A model generated the notes under the pieces. The model saw only the letters and a list, made by a program, of their open reading frames with translations. It was not told the origin of the DNA and did not search any database. 64,000 nucleotides of DNA from positions 1 through 64,000 of the forward strand of contig JASFYY010000049.1 of NCBI GenBank assembly GCA_045046875.1. The letters run 5' to 3'. Position numbers and translations under genes: made by a program. Of the stretch, positions 28,529-38,054 are shown piece after piece. The DNA comes from Verrucomicrobiota bacterium. Its GTDB lineage: Bacteria > Verrucomicrobiota > Verrucomicrobiia > Verrucomicrobiales > DEV007. Within the stretch, counting starts at the first letter, position 1, and the number at the start of each line of letters is the position of its first letter.

Positions 28529-28602
28529 GGGTATTTTTTTTGGGAGAAAGTTGTCCTACATTATTACTGCAACTTTTACAGCGCACATCTGTTTCATTGA
28601 TT

Positions 28603-29670
28603 ATGAAAATACCCCTTAATGCTTTGTTGGCCAGTTTATTGCTGTTTGCTCTGTTGCCGGCCGCCTACGCTCAGAACCAGGGGGGTGATGAGCGCTTGCG
28701 GCAGGTTTTGAAAAGATTCCCAGAAGCGGATCTTAATAAGGATGGCAAGCTCGAGCGTGAGGAGTTGGAGCAGTATAAAAAAAAGAGGCAGGGAACCCGG
28801 ACGGGGGAACGAAACAATGCTTCAGCGCAGTTGGCACCCACTCATCAGGATGTGAAATACGGGAAACATGAAAAGCAGGATTTTGATATCTGGTTGGCCA
28901 AATCGAAAGACGGCAAAAAAACGCCTTTGGTGATATATATTCATGGTGGAGGATTCCGGGGCGGCGACAAAAAGAGGGTGAATGCTACTTGGGTGAAATC
29001 TTATTTGGAGCAGGGTATTTCCTTTGCTTCGATGAATTACCGTCTCAGCGATGTGGGGGCTTATCCGATGATGATGAATGACGCAGCGCGGGGTTTGCAG
29101 TTGATTCGCTCAAAAGAGGACGAGTGGAATTTGGACTCAAAACGCATCGCTTGTTTCGGGGGCTCGGCGGGAGCGGGGATTTCCCTGTGGCTGGCTTTTC
29201 ACGATGATCTGGTAGACGAAAAAAGTGAGGATCCGGTGGCTCGTCAATCGACCCGGATTGTCGCTGCCGCTACGTTGAGTGGTCAGTCTACTTACGACTT
29301 GAGAACCTTCAGGGAATGGTTTGAGGTTCCGAATTTGAAACCGCACCCGGCGATGGATGCCTTTTATGGGTTGAGGGATCAGGAGGACTGGAAATCCGAT
29401 CGGGTGATAAAGCTGATGGAGGATGCTTCAGCGATCACTCATTTGGACAAAGATGACGTGCCGGTTTTCATGACTTACGGCAAAGGGGATTCGCCGGTTG
29501 ATGAAAATACCAATCCGAGCGTGTGGGTGCATCATGTGCGCCTGGGGATGAAGCTCAAGCAGGCGATGGATAAATTGGGAGTGGAAAACCACTTAAGCTG
29601 GCGGGATCACCCGAGTAAAGAATACAAAGATCTGCACGCTTTTTTGAGTGAAAAGGTGCTAGCCGATTGA
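28603..29670 (+). CDS. Secreted alpha/beta hydrolase (esterase/lipase) with an N-terminal EF-hand-like motif
   Basis: Signal peptide, DLNKDGKLEREE, HGGGF, nucleophile elbow GGSAG. Confidence 0.85.
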   Translation: MKIPLNALLASLLLFALLPAAYAQNQGGDERLRQVLKRFPEADLNKDGKLEREELEQYKKKRQGTRTGERNNASAQLAPTHQDVKYGKHEKQDFDIWLAKSKDGKKTPLVIYIHGGGFRGGDKKRVNATWVKSYLEQGISFASMNYRLSDVGAYPMMMNDAARGLQLIRSKEDEWNLDSKRIACFGGSAGAGISLWLAFHDDLVDEKSEDPVARQSTRIVAAATLSGQSTYDLRTFREWFEVPNLKPHPAMDAFYGLRDQEDWKSDRVIKLMEDASAITHLDKDDVPVFMTYGKGDSPVDENTNPSVWVHHVRLGMKLKQAMDKLGVENHLSWRDHPSKEYKDLHAFLSEKVLAD

Positions 29671-29684
29671 TGGGCACATTTTTA

Positions 29685-30575
29685 TTAAGCCAGTTCCGCT
29701 TCAAGCAAGCCATATAGCCGGTCGACTTCGGCAGCGGTTTCTGGATCGAGGTGAAAGCTGACCGGGCCACGGGTGAGGGTGTTTTTGAAGATGCCTTGTT
29801 TTTTGAGTAGGTATTTTTCCACCGCAAGGAATCCGTCGAGACTGGTTTGCAGGGAGATGAGCGAGGCGATGGGGGTGGATAGTCGGTAGGCACTTGCGTC
29901 ATCTCCGGCTTCGAGCGCATTCCACAACGCGACTTGGGCTTTGATGATTTCTGCGCCGGGCATGGTGCCGGCGATGCCGCGGCGATAACTATCGACCAGG
30001 CAGATGCCGCCCGAGCCTTCGAAGATGACAGCTTGTCCATCGGTGGCGTCACGTAGGGCTGAGAGGTTGGGGCCGATGGGGGTGGCTTCGGGTTTGAAAA
30101 ATACCCGATCGGCACCGAAGTCCTTGAGCAGCTGGGCTTGGGTTTGAATGGGCAGGGGTTTTCCTACATAACCACTGGCGTCTTGAACGATCAGGGGAAT
30201 GGAAATCGCTTCGATGATGGAGGTGAAGTAGGCGACTACTTCGGCATTGCTGAGTGCGGTGGCGATCGGTGGAATGACCATGACGGCAGCAGCTCCAGCG
30301 GCTTCCGCATGGCGGGCGTGGCGGACGGCGGTGTGGGTGGATTCGGCACCGACGCTGATGACGGCTCCGCCGCGGTCGCCGGTGAATTCACAAGCCTTGC
30401 TGGCGAGCTCGTCGCGTTCTTCGCTGGAGAGACGCAGGGTTTCCGAAACCATCGCCATGGTGATGCCTTGCGCACCGTTTTCAAACAGCCAGTCGATTTC
30501 ACTAGAGAGAGTATCAAAGTCGATCGACAGATCGTTGTGGTAAGGAGTTTGGAAAACGGGGTAGAGACCTTTCAT
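29685..30575 (-). CDS. DapA/NAL (dihydrodipicolinate synthase) family class I aldolase or dehydratase, probably not a true DapA
   Basis: TPY...IDFD, LSSEER, Schiff-base Lys region FFKPEA, GTMPG; GTTGE is replaced by AMVSE. Confidence 0.85.
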   Translation of the reverse strand: MKGLYPVFQTPYHNDLSIDFDTLSSEIDWLFENGAQGITMAMVSETLRLSSEERDELASKACEFTGDRGGAVISVGAESTHTAVRHARHAEAAGAAAVMVIPPIATALSNAEVVAYFTSIIEAISIPLIVQDASGYVGKPLPIQTQAQLLKDFGADRVFFKPEATPIGPNLSALRDATDGQAVIFEGSGGICLVDSYRRGIAGTMPGAEIIKAQVALWNALEAGDDASAYRLSTPIASLISLQTSLDGFLAVEKYLLKKQGIFKNTLTRGPVSFHLDPETAAEVDRLYGLLEAELA

Positions 30576-30707
30576 GGGTGGAGGGGTAGGGGGTAAAGCG
30601 GAATTATGAAGCAGTTTTGACAGGGATGCAAATGAGACTTTTGAGGAGAAGGTGAATGTAGGGTTATGTTGGGTTTAAAGTGCGAGCGTAGCTAATTACT
30701 TTTTCAT

Positions 30708-30735
30708 ATCCACGTGATCCGTGTCATCCTCGGTT
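30708..30735 (-). repeat. CGGAT nonamer triplet, reverse orientation (AACCGAGGAT GACACGGAT CACGTGGAT)
   Basis: Intergenic between the dapA-like gene and the ECF sigma gene. Confidence 0.7.
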
Positions 30736-30872
30736 AAATTTTTAATTGTTTTTCCTGCCGTGGATCGTGTTGGGAGTGGGGGTAAGAGCTTTTTTTGATG
30801 GTTATTTACATTTTTTTCAAAATATGCCCTGATGGATTGGGAGTTTTGGCTATTACCTTGTGAAGAGCGTTT

Positions 30873-31415
30873 ATGTCTGAAGAAAAAAACAGTGCCTGTG
30901 AGGAGGAGTTTGTGATGTTGATCACTCGGCATCAGGCAGCTTTGACGGGTTTTTTGTGTAGTTTGCTGGGTAACCGCACGGCGGGGGACGAGGTGTTGCA
31001 GGAGACTAATCTGGTATTGTGGAAAAAGAGGGAGAATTTCGAACTGGGCACTAATTTTAAGGCCTGGGCCTTTAAGATCGCGCGTTTCCAGAGTTTGGCT
31101 TTTTTGAAACGGGAAAAACGACGTCCGGAATTTACTTTTGATGAAGAGGTGATCGCTAAGTTGGCGGTGGAGGCGGAAGTTACTTTTGCGCTTAATGATG
31201 AGCGGGAGCAAGCTTTGGACACTTGTTTGGAAAAGCTGCCGGATGAGGACCGGGCATTGATTCGTGATCACTACTACAGTGGTCTGTCGATGAACGATCA
31301 CGCTGCGCAGGCGGGGCGGACGGTGGGGGCTTTGCGACAGGTGTTGTACCGGATCCGCAATTCGCTGCGGCTTTGCATTGGACAGAACATAGTGAGCGGG
31401 GAGGTGGAAGCATGA
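30873..31415 (+). CDS. ECF RNA polymerase sigma-70 factor (Rhodopirellula/Verrucomicrobium type)
   Basis: DEVLQETNLVLW, GTNFKAWAFKIA, ALDTCLEKL, LYRIRNSLRLCI. Confidence 0.92.
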   Translation: MSEEKNSACEEEFVMLITRHQAALTGFLCSLLGNRTAGDEVLQETNLVLWKKRENFELGTNFKAWAFKIARFQSLAFLKREKRRPEFTFDEEVIAKLAVEAEVTFALNDEREQALDTCLEKLPDEDRALIRDHYYSGLSMNDHAAQAGRTVGALRQVLYRIRNSLRLCIGQNIVSGEVEA

Positions 31416-32965
31416 CGACGGTGGACCGGGAAGAAGTGGTTGTTTTGACTGAAGCTTTGATCGACGGGACGATCAGCGTTGAGGAATTTGCCTGCCTTGA
31501 GAGCTGGTTGAAAAATGACCCTACCGCCAGAGACCTGTATTTGCAGCACCGTTCGCTGGATGCCAGTTTGCGTTGGCGCTGGCAGTCGGAGACGAGTGCG
31601 CTGAAGGTGAGCGGTGATCAGGATGATGAAACGCAGAAGGTAGTGTTTTTTCCGGCGTGGAAGAGTGTGGGGCGGGTGGCTCTGGCTGTGGCAGCGGTTG
31701 TGGCAATGTTGTTGACGGCGGTGATGTTTTTGTCTGATGAGGGTGGCGAGGGGGGAAGCTTTGCTACAGTGAGTGCAGAGCAAGGGAGTCAGTGGCGAGT
31801 GGTAAGCGGTGAGGGTGATTCGAAAGGGGCACAGACTTTGCTGGTAACAGAAGGTTCGCTTGAAGTGGTTTTTGCCAGTGGCGCGCAGGCGACGGTGACG
31901 GGGCCTTCTTTGTTTGAGATTCGTGGGGCGAATGAGGCGGTTATGGAATGGGGCAAGGGGAAATTTTATGTTCCCGAGCAGGCAGTGGGTTATTCGGTGG
32001 ACACTCCCTGGGGCAAGGTGATTGATTTGGGGACGGCGTTTGATTTGAATGTGAGCAATGATGGTTTGGCTGAGGTTTCGGTGACAGAGGGCCGGGTCAG
32101 GCTTTTATCCAATGGAGAGCAGCGGGATTTGAAAATGGGAGAAAGCCTGGTAATGAGTCGAACGGGGCTGGGTGATGGAAAAAACCGGCACACTGCAGCA
32201 AGGCGACAGCAAAGCGTTTACAGTGAAATGATCCGTGCGTCGCAGCCGGTCGCCTATTGGCCTTTTGATGGTAAGGTGGGGGATTCTATTTCAGAGAAAG
32301 GGATTGTGAAATTGGTAGAGGGTCCGCGTCCGCCGTTTTCCCCTTTATTTGCTAAAACGAATACGGCAGCGTTTTTTGGAGATCAGGGAATTTTGAGAAA
32401 ACAGGATCTCGGAGCGCAGAGTGGTTTCGATTTTGATAACGGAGACGAGATCAGCATTGAGGCCTGGGTGAATCCAGCAGGGCAGATGAAAGAGGGCGGA
32501 ATCGTTTATATTGTGGGTAAGGGGCGAACCAATAACCTGAGTTTCATTAAGGATAATCAGAATTTTTCACTGCGCTTGTGGAATAAGCAGGGGCAAATGA
32601 AAGTGAGCTTTTTGTTCCGCAGTGCCCCTGACGGAGATTGGGAAGGGGACTACCATCGTTGGACGGCGTTGAGCGGATTTGTTGCGGGTGATGGCTGGCA
32701 TCACATCGCAGTGACTTACCGTTATGGGGATCCAGATAGTATTCGCACTTATCAGGACGGCGCTCCGGTGACTGGAGAGTGGGATATGGGAGGTGCTACC
32801 ACGCGGCGTCCAGTGGTGGATGATGATGAGCTTTGGTTAGGATCTGCCAGAGGTGGTGGAAGGGGTAATAAGTTCACCGGCATGGTGGATGAGGTGGCTA
32901 TTTATCGTCAGGTGCTGACCGCGGAGCAAGTCAGCAGGCGGGTGAAACGAGGGCAGCAGAAATAG
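31412..32965 (+). CDS. FecR-type anti-sigma factor with a C-terminal LamG-like jellyroll domain
   Basis: N-terminal anti-sigma domain (LESWLKNDPTARDLY), one TM, FecR motif VDTPWGKVIDLGTAF...VTEGRV, LamG (IEAWVNP, WHHIAVTY, GMVDEVAIY); start overlaps the sigma stop. Confidence 0.88.
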   Translation: MTTVDREEVVVLTEALIDGTISVEEFACLESWLKNDPTARDLYLQHRSLDASLRWRWQSETSALKVSGDQDDETQKVVFFPAWKSVGRVALAVAAVVAMLLTAVMFLSDEGGEGGSFATVSAEQGSQWRVVSGEGDSKGAQTLLVTEGSLEVVFASGAQATVTGPSLFEIRGANEAVMEWGKGKFYVPEQAVGYSVDTPWGKVIDLGTAFDLNVSNDGLAEVSVTEGRVRLLSNGEQRDLKMGESLVMSRTGLGDGKNRHTAARRQQSVYSEMIRASQPVAYWPFDGKVGDSISEKGIVKLVEGPRPPFSPLFAKTNTAAFFGDQGILRKQDLGAQSGFDFDNGDEISIEAWVNPAGQMKEGGIVYIVGKGRTNNLSFIKDNQNFSLRLWNKQGQMKVSFLFRSAPDGDWEGDYHRWTALSGFVAGDGWHHIAVTYRYGDPDSIRTYQDGAPVTGEWDMGGATTRRPVVDDDELWLGSARGGGRGNKFTGMVDEVAIYRQVLTAEQVSRRVKRGQQK

Positions 32966-32995
32966 AATAATTTTAACAGAAAATAAAAAATCCTT

Positions 32996-35900
32996 ATGAA
33001 AATACAGAGCATCCTTATCCTGGGTCTGAGCATTGGTTTGTCCCATGCGGCTGAAAAAAAGGCGGTGACTTATCACCAGCAAGTGCGTAGCGAGCTGCCG
33101 GTGGCGCATTGGACTTTTGATGGAGGGCGTGTTGATCTGGGAACGATGAAGGGGAAAGTGAAATTGGGGCAGGCGGGGCCGGGGAAAAAGGATTCCAAGA
33201 TGCTGCATGAGGGCAACCTGGCAGCGAAGCTGGAGGCCAGCAAGGGCGGTAGTTATGTGAAAGTGCAGGATCCGGGGCCGGGCAGTCAGTTTGATTTTGA
33301 CAACGGGGATCCGATCACGATCGAAGCCTGGGTCAAACCTGAAAAAAGCGGTGGAGCGATGGTGATTTTGAGCAAGGGGCGTACGGGTAATCCGGGCGTG
33401 GCAGGTAGTAATCAGAACTACGCTTTCAGGGTGGTTGGTGGAGGCAAGAGTTATCACCTGGGATTTTTGTTTCGTAGTCGCAAGGATAAGGAAAAAGCGG
33501 AGGGCTGGCATCGTTGGACTTCGAGCGGGGATTTGATCGCCGACGGACGTTGGCACCATGTGGCCTTGAGCTATACTTTTGGTAATCCCAAAAGCATCGT
33601 GGGATTCATCGATGGCGAAGCGACGCAGGGCAAGTGGGACATGGATGGGGCCACTACCCGGCCACCGGTGGTGGATGATGATGAATTATGGCTGGGATCA
33701 GCGCAAAAGGGAGCGGAGAGCGCTAGTTACAAAGGTCTGCTCGACGAGGTGGCCTTGTATCGCCGGACTTTTACCGAAGAGCAGTTGGCCTCACGTTATT
33801 CGGTGGAGCCTTATCAGCCCAAGGTGGATCGTTCTACCTTGAAAGCTGGAAAAGTGAAGGTGGAATTAGTTGAGAGTTTGAGCAAGGGCAATAGTTGGCC
33901 ACGTTTTTTTCCGAAAGCTTCGATGGTCTATGACGAAGAGGCTTTTGCCTTTTTTCAGATCCCGCACAAATACAATCAACAGGGATTGCGGGGGGATTGG
34001 AAGACTCCTTTGCTGTTTCGCGCAACAGCCGAGATTGTGCTGAAACCGGGAGACAATCGCATTTTGTTGAGAACACGGGGAGCGGGGCGTTTGTGGATGG
34101 ATGGCAAAAAAATTGCTGAAACGGCTTTTGCTAAAACCGGTGGAGGGGCACACAACGAAGTGATGGAGATGCCCAAAGCGGTGTCCGCCAATTTGCGTCG
34201 CATGGCGATGGGGGATCGTCAAAACCTGGTCACTATCAAGGGGGATGGCAAGCCGCATTTGTTTGTATTGGAGATGATCATGGGCAGTGGAGGGCGTCGA
34301 CCCACCACTGGTGAGACGACGGTGAGTATTTCCCATGGCAATAAAAACCTGACGCTGATGAGTCCGGAGACGAAGATTCAGATGGAGCTGGGGGATGCGG
34401 GTTGGAAGTCATTCCGTCGCGACCGGGAGGAATACTACCGTTACCTGGATACCCGAAATCGTCAGGCCCAGAAGGGTAATGACCAGGTTTACTGGAAACG
34501 CCGTCATGATCTGGCCAAGCAGGTGATCACTAAAAAGAAAAGTGCCGGGCCAGGCGATAAAGTGGGCAAGTTTCCTATCAACAATGATATCGATCGCTTT
34601 TTGGCGGTGAAGTGGACCAAGCAGATGGAGGGCGCAAAGAAAAAGGTGTCGGCGGATGCGGTGAATTATACCAAGGATGTGAAGCCTATCCTAGCGGATC
34701 AATGTTTTCGTTGTCATGCCAAAAAGACCAAAGGGGGATTGCGTTTGGATGACCGGGTGGCGGCGCTGAAAGGTGGCGATTCGGAATACCCTGCTTTTGT
34801 GCCGGGCAAACCGGAGAAAAGTTATCTACTGGAATTGATCGATCCGAAAATCGCCGAGGATGACATCATGCCGCCCAAGGGAGAGCCTTTGACAGAGCAG
34901 CAGCGTGGTGTGCTGAAAAAGTGGATCGCCCAGGGAGCGGATTATTCATCGGGCAGTGGCAAGGTTGAATTGAGTGAGGATACCAGTGACCTTGAGTTTT
35001 TGCGTCGGGTCAGTCTGGATACGATTGGCTTGATTCCTTCAGCGGATGAAATCAGTGCTTTTCTGAAAGTGCCATCATCCGAGCGTAGAGCCCAGGTGAT
35101 AGATCGCTTGTTGGCCGATGAACGTTGGGCGGATCATTGGGTTTCTTACTGGCAGGATGTGCTGGCAGAGAATCCGAACATTCTCAAGGGGAAATTGAAT
35201 AATACCGGGGCTTTCCGCTATTGGATTCATGAAGCACTGCAGGACAATCTGCCGATGGATCGTTTTGTGACCGAGTTGGTGATGATGGAAGGTAGTCTGA
35301 TGGAAGGTGGGCCGGCAGGGTTTGCCATGGCTTCGCAGAATGATTCTCCGATGGCAGCCAAGACCCACGTTTTAGGCACCGCTTTCCTGGGAATCGAAAT
35401 GAAGTGTGCGCGTTGTCACGACGCTCCGTATCATGAGACCAAACAGATGCAGCTGTTCGAGATGGCGGCGATGTTGAACCGGGGCACGCTGACCCTACCA
35501 AAAACATCGACGGTGCCGGCTTCCACTTTTGCCGGGCGCAAACCTTTGATCGTATCGGCAATGAAACCGGGTGATAAAATTGATCCGGCCTGGTCTTTTT
35601 CGGACGTGATAAAAGAGAAAAGTCTCGCCGATTGGGTGGTGGCGGATGGCAAGGACTCGAGGGCTCGTTTGGCTGCTTTGATCACTTCTCCACATAACGA
35701 GCGTTTTGCCCAGGTCATGGTGAACCGGATGTGGAAAAGTTTGATGGGCGCCGGTTTTGTGGAGCCTGTGGATGACTGGGAGGCAACGCCGCCGGTGTAC
35801 CCCGAGCTGTTGAGCTGGTTGGCTGATGGGTTTGTTAGCAGTGGTTATGACTTGAAGGCACTGACACGCCTGATTTTAAACTCCAAGGCTTACCAACGAA

Positions 35901-36679
35901 AAGCACGCGCTTTGGAGACGGGTGAGTCGCCTAATTTTGCAGCTCCGGTGCAGCGACGGATGGAAGCGGAACAGGTGGTCGATTCACTGTTGGTCGCGGC
36001 GGGCAAGGAGATGGATACGGAAGAACTCACGTTTGATGCGGATGGCACCCAGCAGGCAAAAGTCATGATCAGTCTGGGGTATCCACGTCGGGCTTGGGAA
36101 TTTGCTTCTCTTTCCAATGAACGTGATCGTCCGAGTCTGGCTTTGCCTAAGGCGCAAGGGGTGGTGGACGTATTGAAAAACTTCGGTTGGACCGGAGCGC
36201 GTCAGGGACCTCATTCGGTCAGGGATCAGGAAGCTAATGTTCGTCAGCCAGCTATTCTAGCTAATGGGTCGTTGGGGAAACGCGCAACCACCTTGAGTGA
36301 GAACAGCGCGGTGACTGATCTGGTGGTGAAAGAGGGAATGAGTGTGGCTGAGGTGGTGGATGCGGTGTTCTTGCGGGTATTGACACGCAAACCTTCGGCT
36401 GAAGAGAAAAAACTCTACGTGACTTTGTTGAACGAAGGGTTTGAGCAGCGGGTGATTCCTGCCAAGCAGAGAAAAACCCCATTGGTGCGCAAGGCTCTGG
36501 GTCGAGTGTCATGGTCGAATCATTTATCGGCTGAAGCTAACAGTATTATGCTGGAGATGGAGAAACGAGCCAAGGAAGGGGATCCGCCGACGGTGAAACT
36601 TCGGCCTGAGTGGCGTGAGAGAATGGAGGACATGCTGTGGGCGATGATGAATTCGCCTGAGTTCATCTACCTGCCATAA
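32996..36679 (+). CDS. Secreted LamG + planctomycete cytochrome c + DUF1549/DUF1553 (PSD1-type) protein
   Basis: Signal peptide; LamG; VKPILADQCFRCH...GGLRLD; FLRRVSLDTIGLIP; CARCHD; FAQVMVNRMW; LWAMMNSPEF. Confidence 0.88.
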   Translation: MKIQSILILGLSIGLSHAAEKKAVTYHQQVRSELPVAHWTFDGGRVDLGTMKGKVKLGQAGPGKKDSKMLHEGNLAAKLEASKGGSYVKVQDPGPGSQFDFDNGDPITIEAWVKPEKSGGAMVILSKGRTGNPGVAGSNQNYAFRVVGGGKSYHLGFLFRSRKDKEKAEGWHRWTSSGDLIADGRWHHVALSYTFGNPKSIVGFIDGEATQGKWDMDGATTRPPVVDDDELWLGSAQKGAESASYKGLLDEVALYRRTFTEEQLASRYSVEPYQPKVDRSTLKAGKVKVELVESLSKGNSWPRFFPKASMVYDEEAFAFFQIPHKYNQQGLRGDWKTPLLFRATAEIVLKPGDNRILLRTRGAGRLWMDGKKIAETAFAKTGGGAHNEVMEMPKAVSANLRRMAMGDRQNLVTIKGDGKPHLFVLEMIMGSGGRRPTTGETTVSISHGNKNLTLMSPETKIQMELGDAGWKSFRRDREEYYRYLDTRNRQAQKGNDQVYWKRRHDLAKQVITKKKSAGPGDKVGKFPINNDIDRFLAVKWTKQMEGAKKKVSADAVNYTKDVKPILADQCFRCHAKKTKGGLRLDDRVAALKGGDSEYPAFVPGKPEKSYLLELIDPKIAEDDIMPPKGEPLTEQQRGVLKKWIAQGADYSSGSGKVELSEDTSDLEFLRRVSLDTIGLIPSADEISAFLKVPSSERRAQVIDRLLADERWADHWVSYWQDVLAENPNILKGKLNNTGAFRYWIHEALQDNLPMDRFVTELVMMEGSLMEGGPAGFAMASQNDSPMAAKTHVLGTAFLGIEMKCARCHDAPYHETKQMQLFEMAAMLNRGTLTLPKTSTVPASTFAGRKPLIVSAMKPGDKIDPAWSFSDVIKEKSLADWVVADGKDSRARLAALITSPHNERFAQVMVNRMWKSLMGAGFVEPVDDWEATPPVYPELLSWLADGFVSSGYDLKALTRLILNSKAYQRKARALETGESPNFAAPVQRRMEAEQVVDSLLVAAGKEMDTEELTFDADGTQQAKVMISLGYPRRAWEFASLSNERDRPSLALPKAQGVVDVLKNFGWTGARQGPHSVRDQEANVRQPAILANGSLGKRATTLSENSAVTDLVVKEGMSVAEVVDAVFLRVLTRKPSAEEKKLYVTLLNEGFEQRVIPAKQRKTPLVRKALGRVSWSNHLSAEANSIMLEMEKRAKEGDPPTVKLRPEWRERMEDMLWAMMNSPEFIYLP

Positions 36680-36734
36680 CAAGTTGGATAGAGTTTTAAA
36701 AATAGTGGATTAACATATTACGAAAGATAGAATC

Positions 36735-38045
36735 ATGAATAGAAGAGACTTTTTCAGAACAGCGGGGATGGGTGGCGTAGCGGGAACGGTGGCGGCGAGC
36801 ATGCCACAAATATTGAATGCTGAAGGGGGATCGTCGATCCCAGTTACTTTTCCGAAGGGCAAGGTTGAGCATTGCATTCATATTTGGCTGGGCGGCGGTG
36901 CGGCTCATATTGACACCTGGGATCCTAAAGCGATGGGTGATGCCAAGGCGACCAAGAAAAAAGCGGGCTCGTATTACAAGTCGATCGATACGGCGGTGCC
37001 AGGGGTGAAAGTTTGTGAACATCTGGGACGCTGTGCTGGTTTGATGGATCGCATGACCGCAGTTAGAACAGTGAATCATGATGTGATCGATGAACACGCG
37101 GCGGCGGTGAATCGTATGCACACCGGTCGTCCAGTGAGCGGCACGACGGTGTATCCATCCCTGGGTTCGGTGGTTGCGCATGAGAGAGGGGCAGTGGCCG
37201 AGGATGTGCCCGCCTATGTGGTGATCGGCTATCCGAGTTCGTCGCGGGCGCCGGGTTTTCTGGGATCCAAAGCGGGCTTTTTGTATTTGTTGGATACCGA
37301 TTCGGGGCCGGAGGGGTTCAAGCGCCCTGATGGCATCACTTTGAATCGTCACATGAGACGTAGCGATTTACTGCGCAGGATGCGCGAGGGTGCAGCCGCG
37401 CAACGCGGCAAGGCGGTGGTGGGAGAATACGATGCAGCGATCGAGGAAAGTTTGCGCCTGTCGGGGGAAAAGTTTATGAAGGTGTTCGACCTGAAAGAAG
37501 AAGGTGCCAATTTGCGCGAATCCTTTGGTGGTGAATTTGGTCAGCGTTGTCTGTTGGCACGCCGTTTGATTCAACGCGGGGTGAGGTTCATCGAAGTGGC
37601 GCATAACTTGAATTTTGTCAACGGCACCGGGTGGGACACTCATAACCAGGGGCAGTTGAACCAACATGTTTTGATCGAAGAACTGGATCGCGCTTTATCG
37701 ACGATGATTCTGGATTTGGAGAAACATAAGTTGTTGGATAAAACTCTGATTGTGGTGAATACGGAGTTCGGTCGCCCGGCTGCTTTTGATGGAGGAGGGG
37801 GGCGTGGACATCAGAGCACGGCCTTTTCGGTTTTGCTGGCTGGCGGTGGGTTGAACCACAAGGGCGCTTATGGAGTGACGGATGATTTGGCCAAAAAAGT
37901 GGTCGAGAATCCAGTGAGCGTGCCCGATTTGTTCGCCACCATTCATGCGTCGATGGGGATCAATCCTGCCAAGGAATTGTCAGATGGCGACCGGCCGGTT
38001 CCAATCACGGATATGGGCAAGCCAATTGAGGCTTTGTTGACTTAA
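36735..38045 (+). CDS. DUF1501 family Tat-exported protein
   Basis: MNRRDFF Tat motif, [45 protein letters not shown]. Confidence 0.9.
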   Translation: MNRRDFFRTAGMGGVAGTVAASMPQILNAEGGSSIPVTFPKGKVEHCIHIWLGGGAAHIDTWDPKAMGDAKATKKKAGSYYKSIDTAVPGVKVCEHLGRCAGLMDRMTAVRTVNHDVIDEHAAAVNRMHTGRPVSGTTVYPSLGSVVAHERGAVAEDVPAYVVIGYPSSSRAPGFLGSKAGFLYLLDTDSGPEGFKRPDGITLNRHMRRSDLLRRMREGAAAQRGKAVVGEYDAAIEESLRLSGEKFMKVFDLKEEGANLRESFGGEFGQRCLLARRLIQRGVRFIEVAHNLNFVNGTGWDTHNQGQLNQHVLIEELDRALSTMILDLEKHKLLDKTLIVVNTEFGRPAAFDGGGGRGHQSTAFSVLLAGGGLNHKGAYGVTDDLAKKVVENPVSVPDLFATIHASMGINPAKELSDGDRPVPITDMGKPIEALLT

Positions 38046-38054
38046 TGAAGGATC

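Noticed and set aside
30696..31301. 201-aa minus-strand ORF over the ECF sigma gene (and similar long antisense ORFs such as 7269-8048, 14086-14865, 32837-33559)
   Set aside because: Antisense shadows of well-supported genes with no recognisable motifs.
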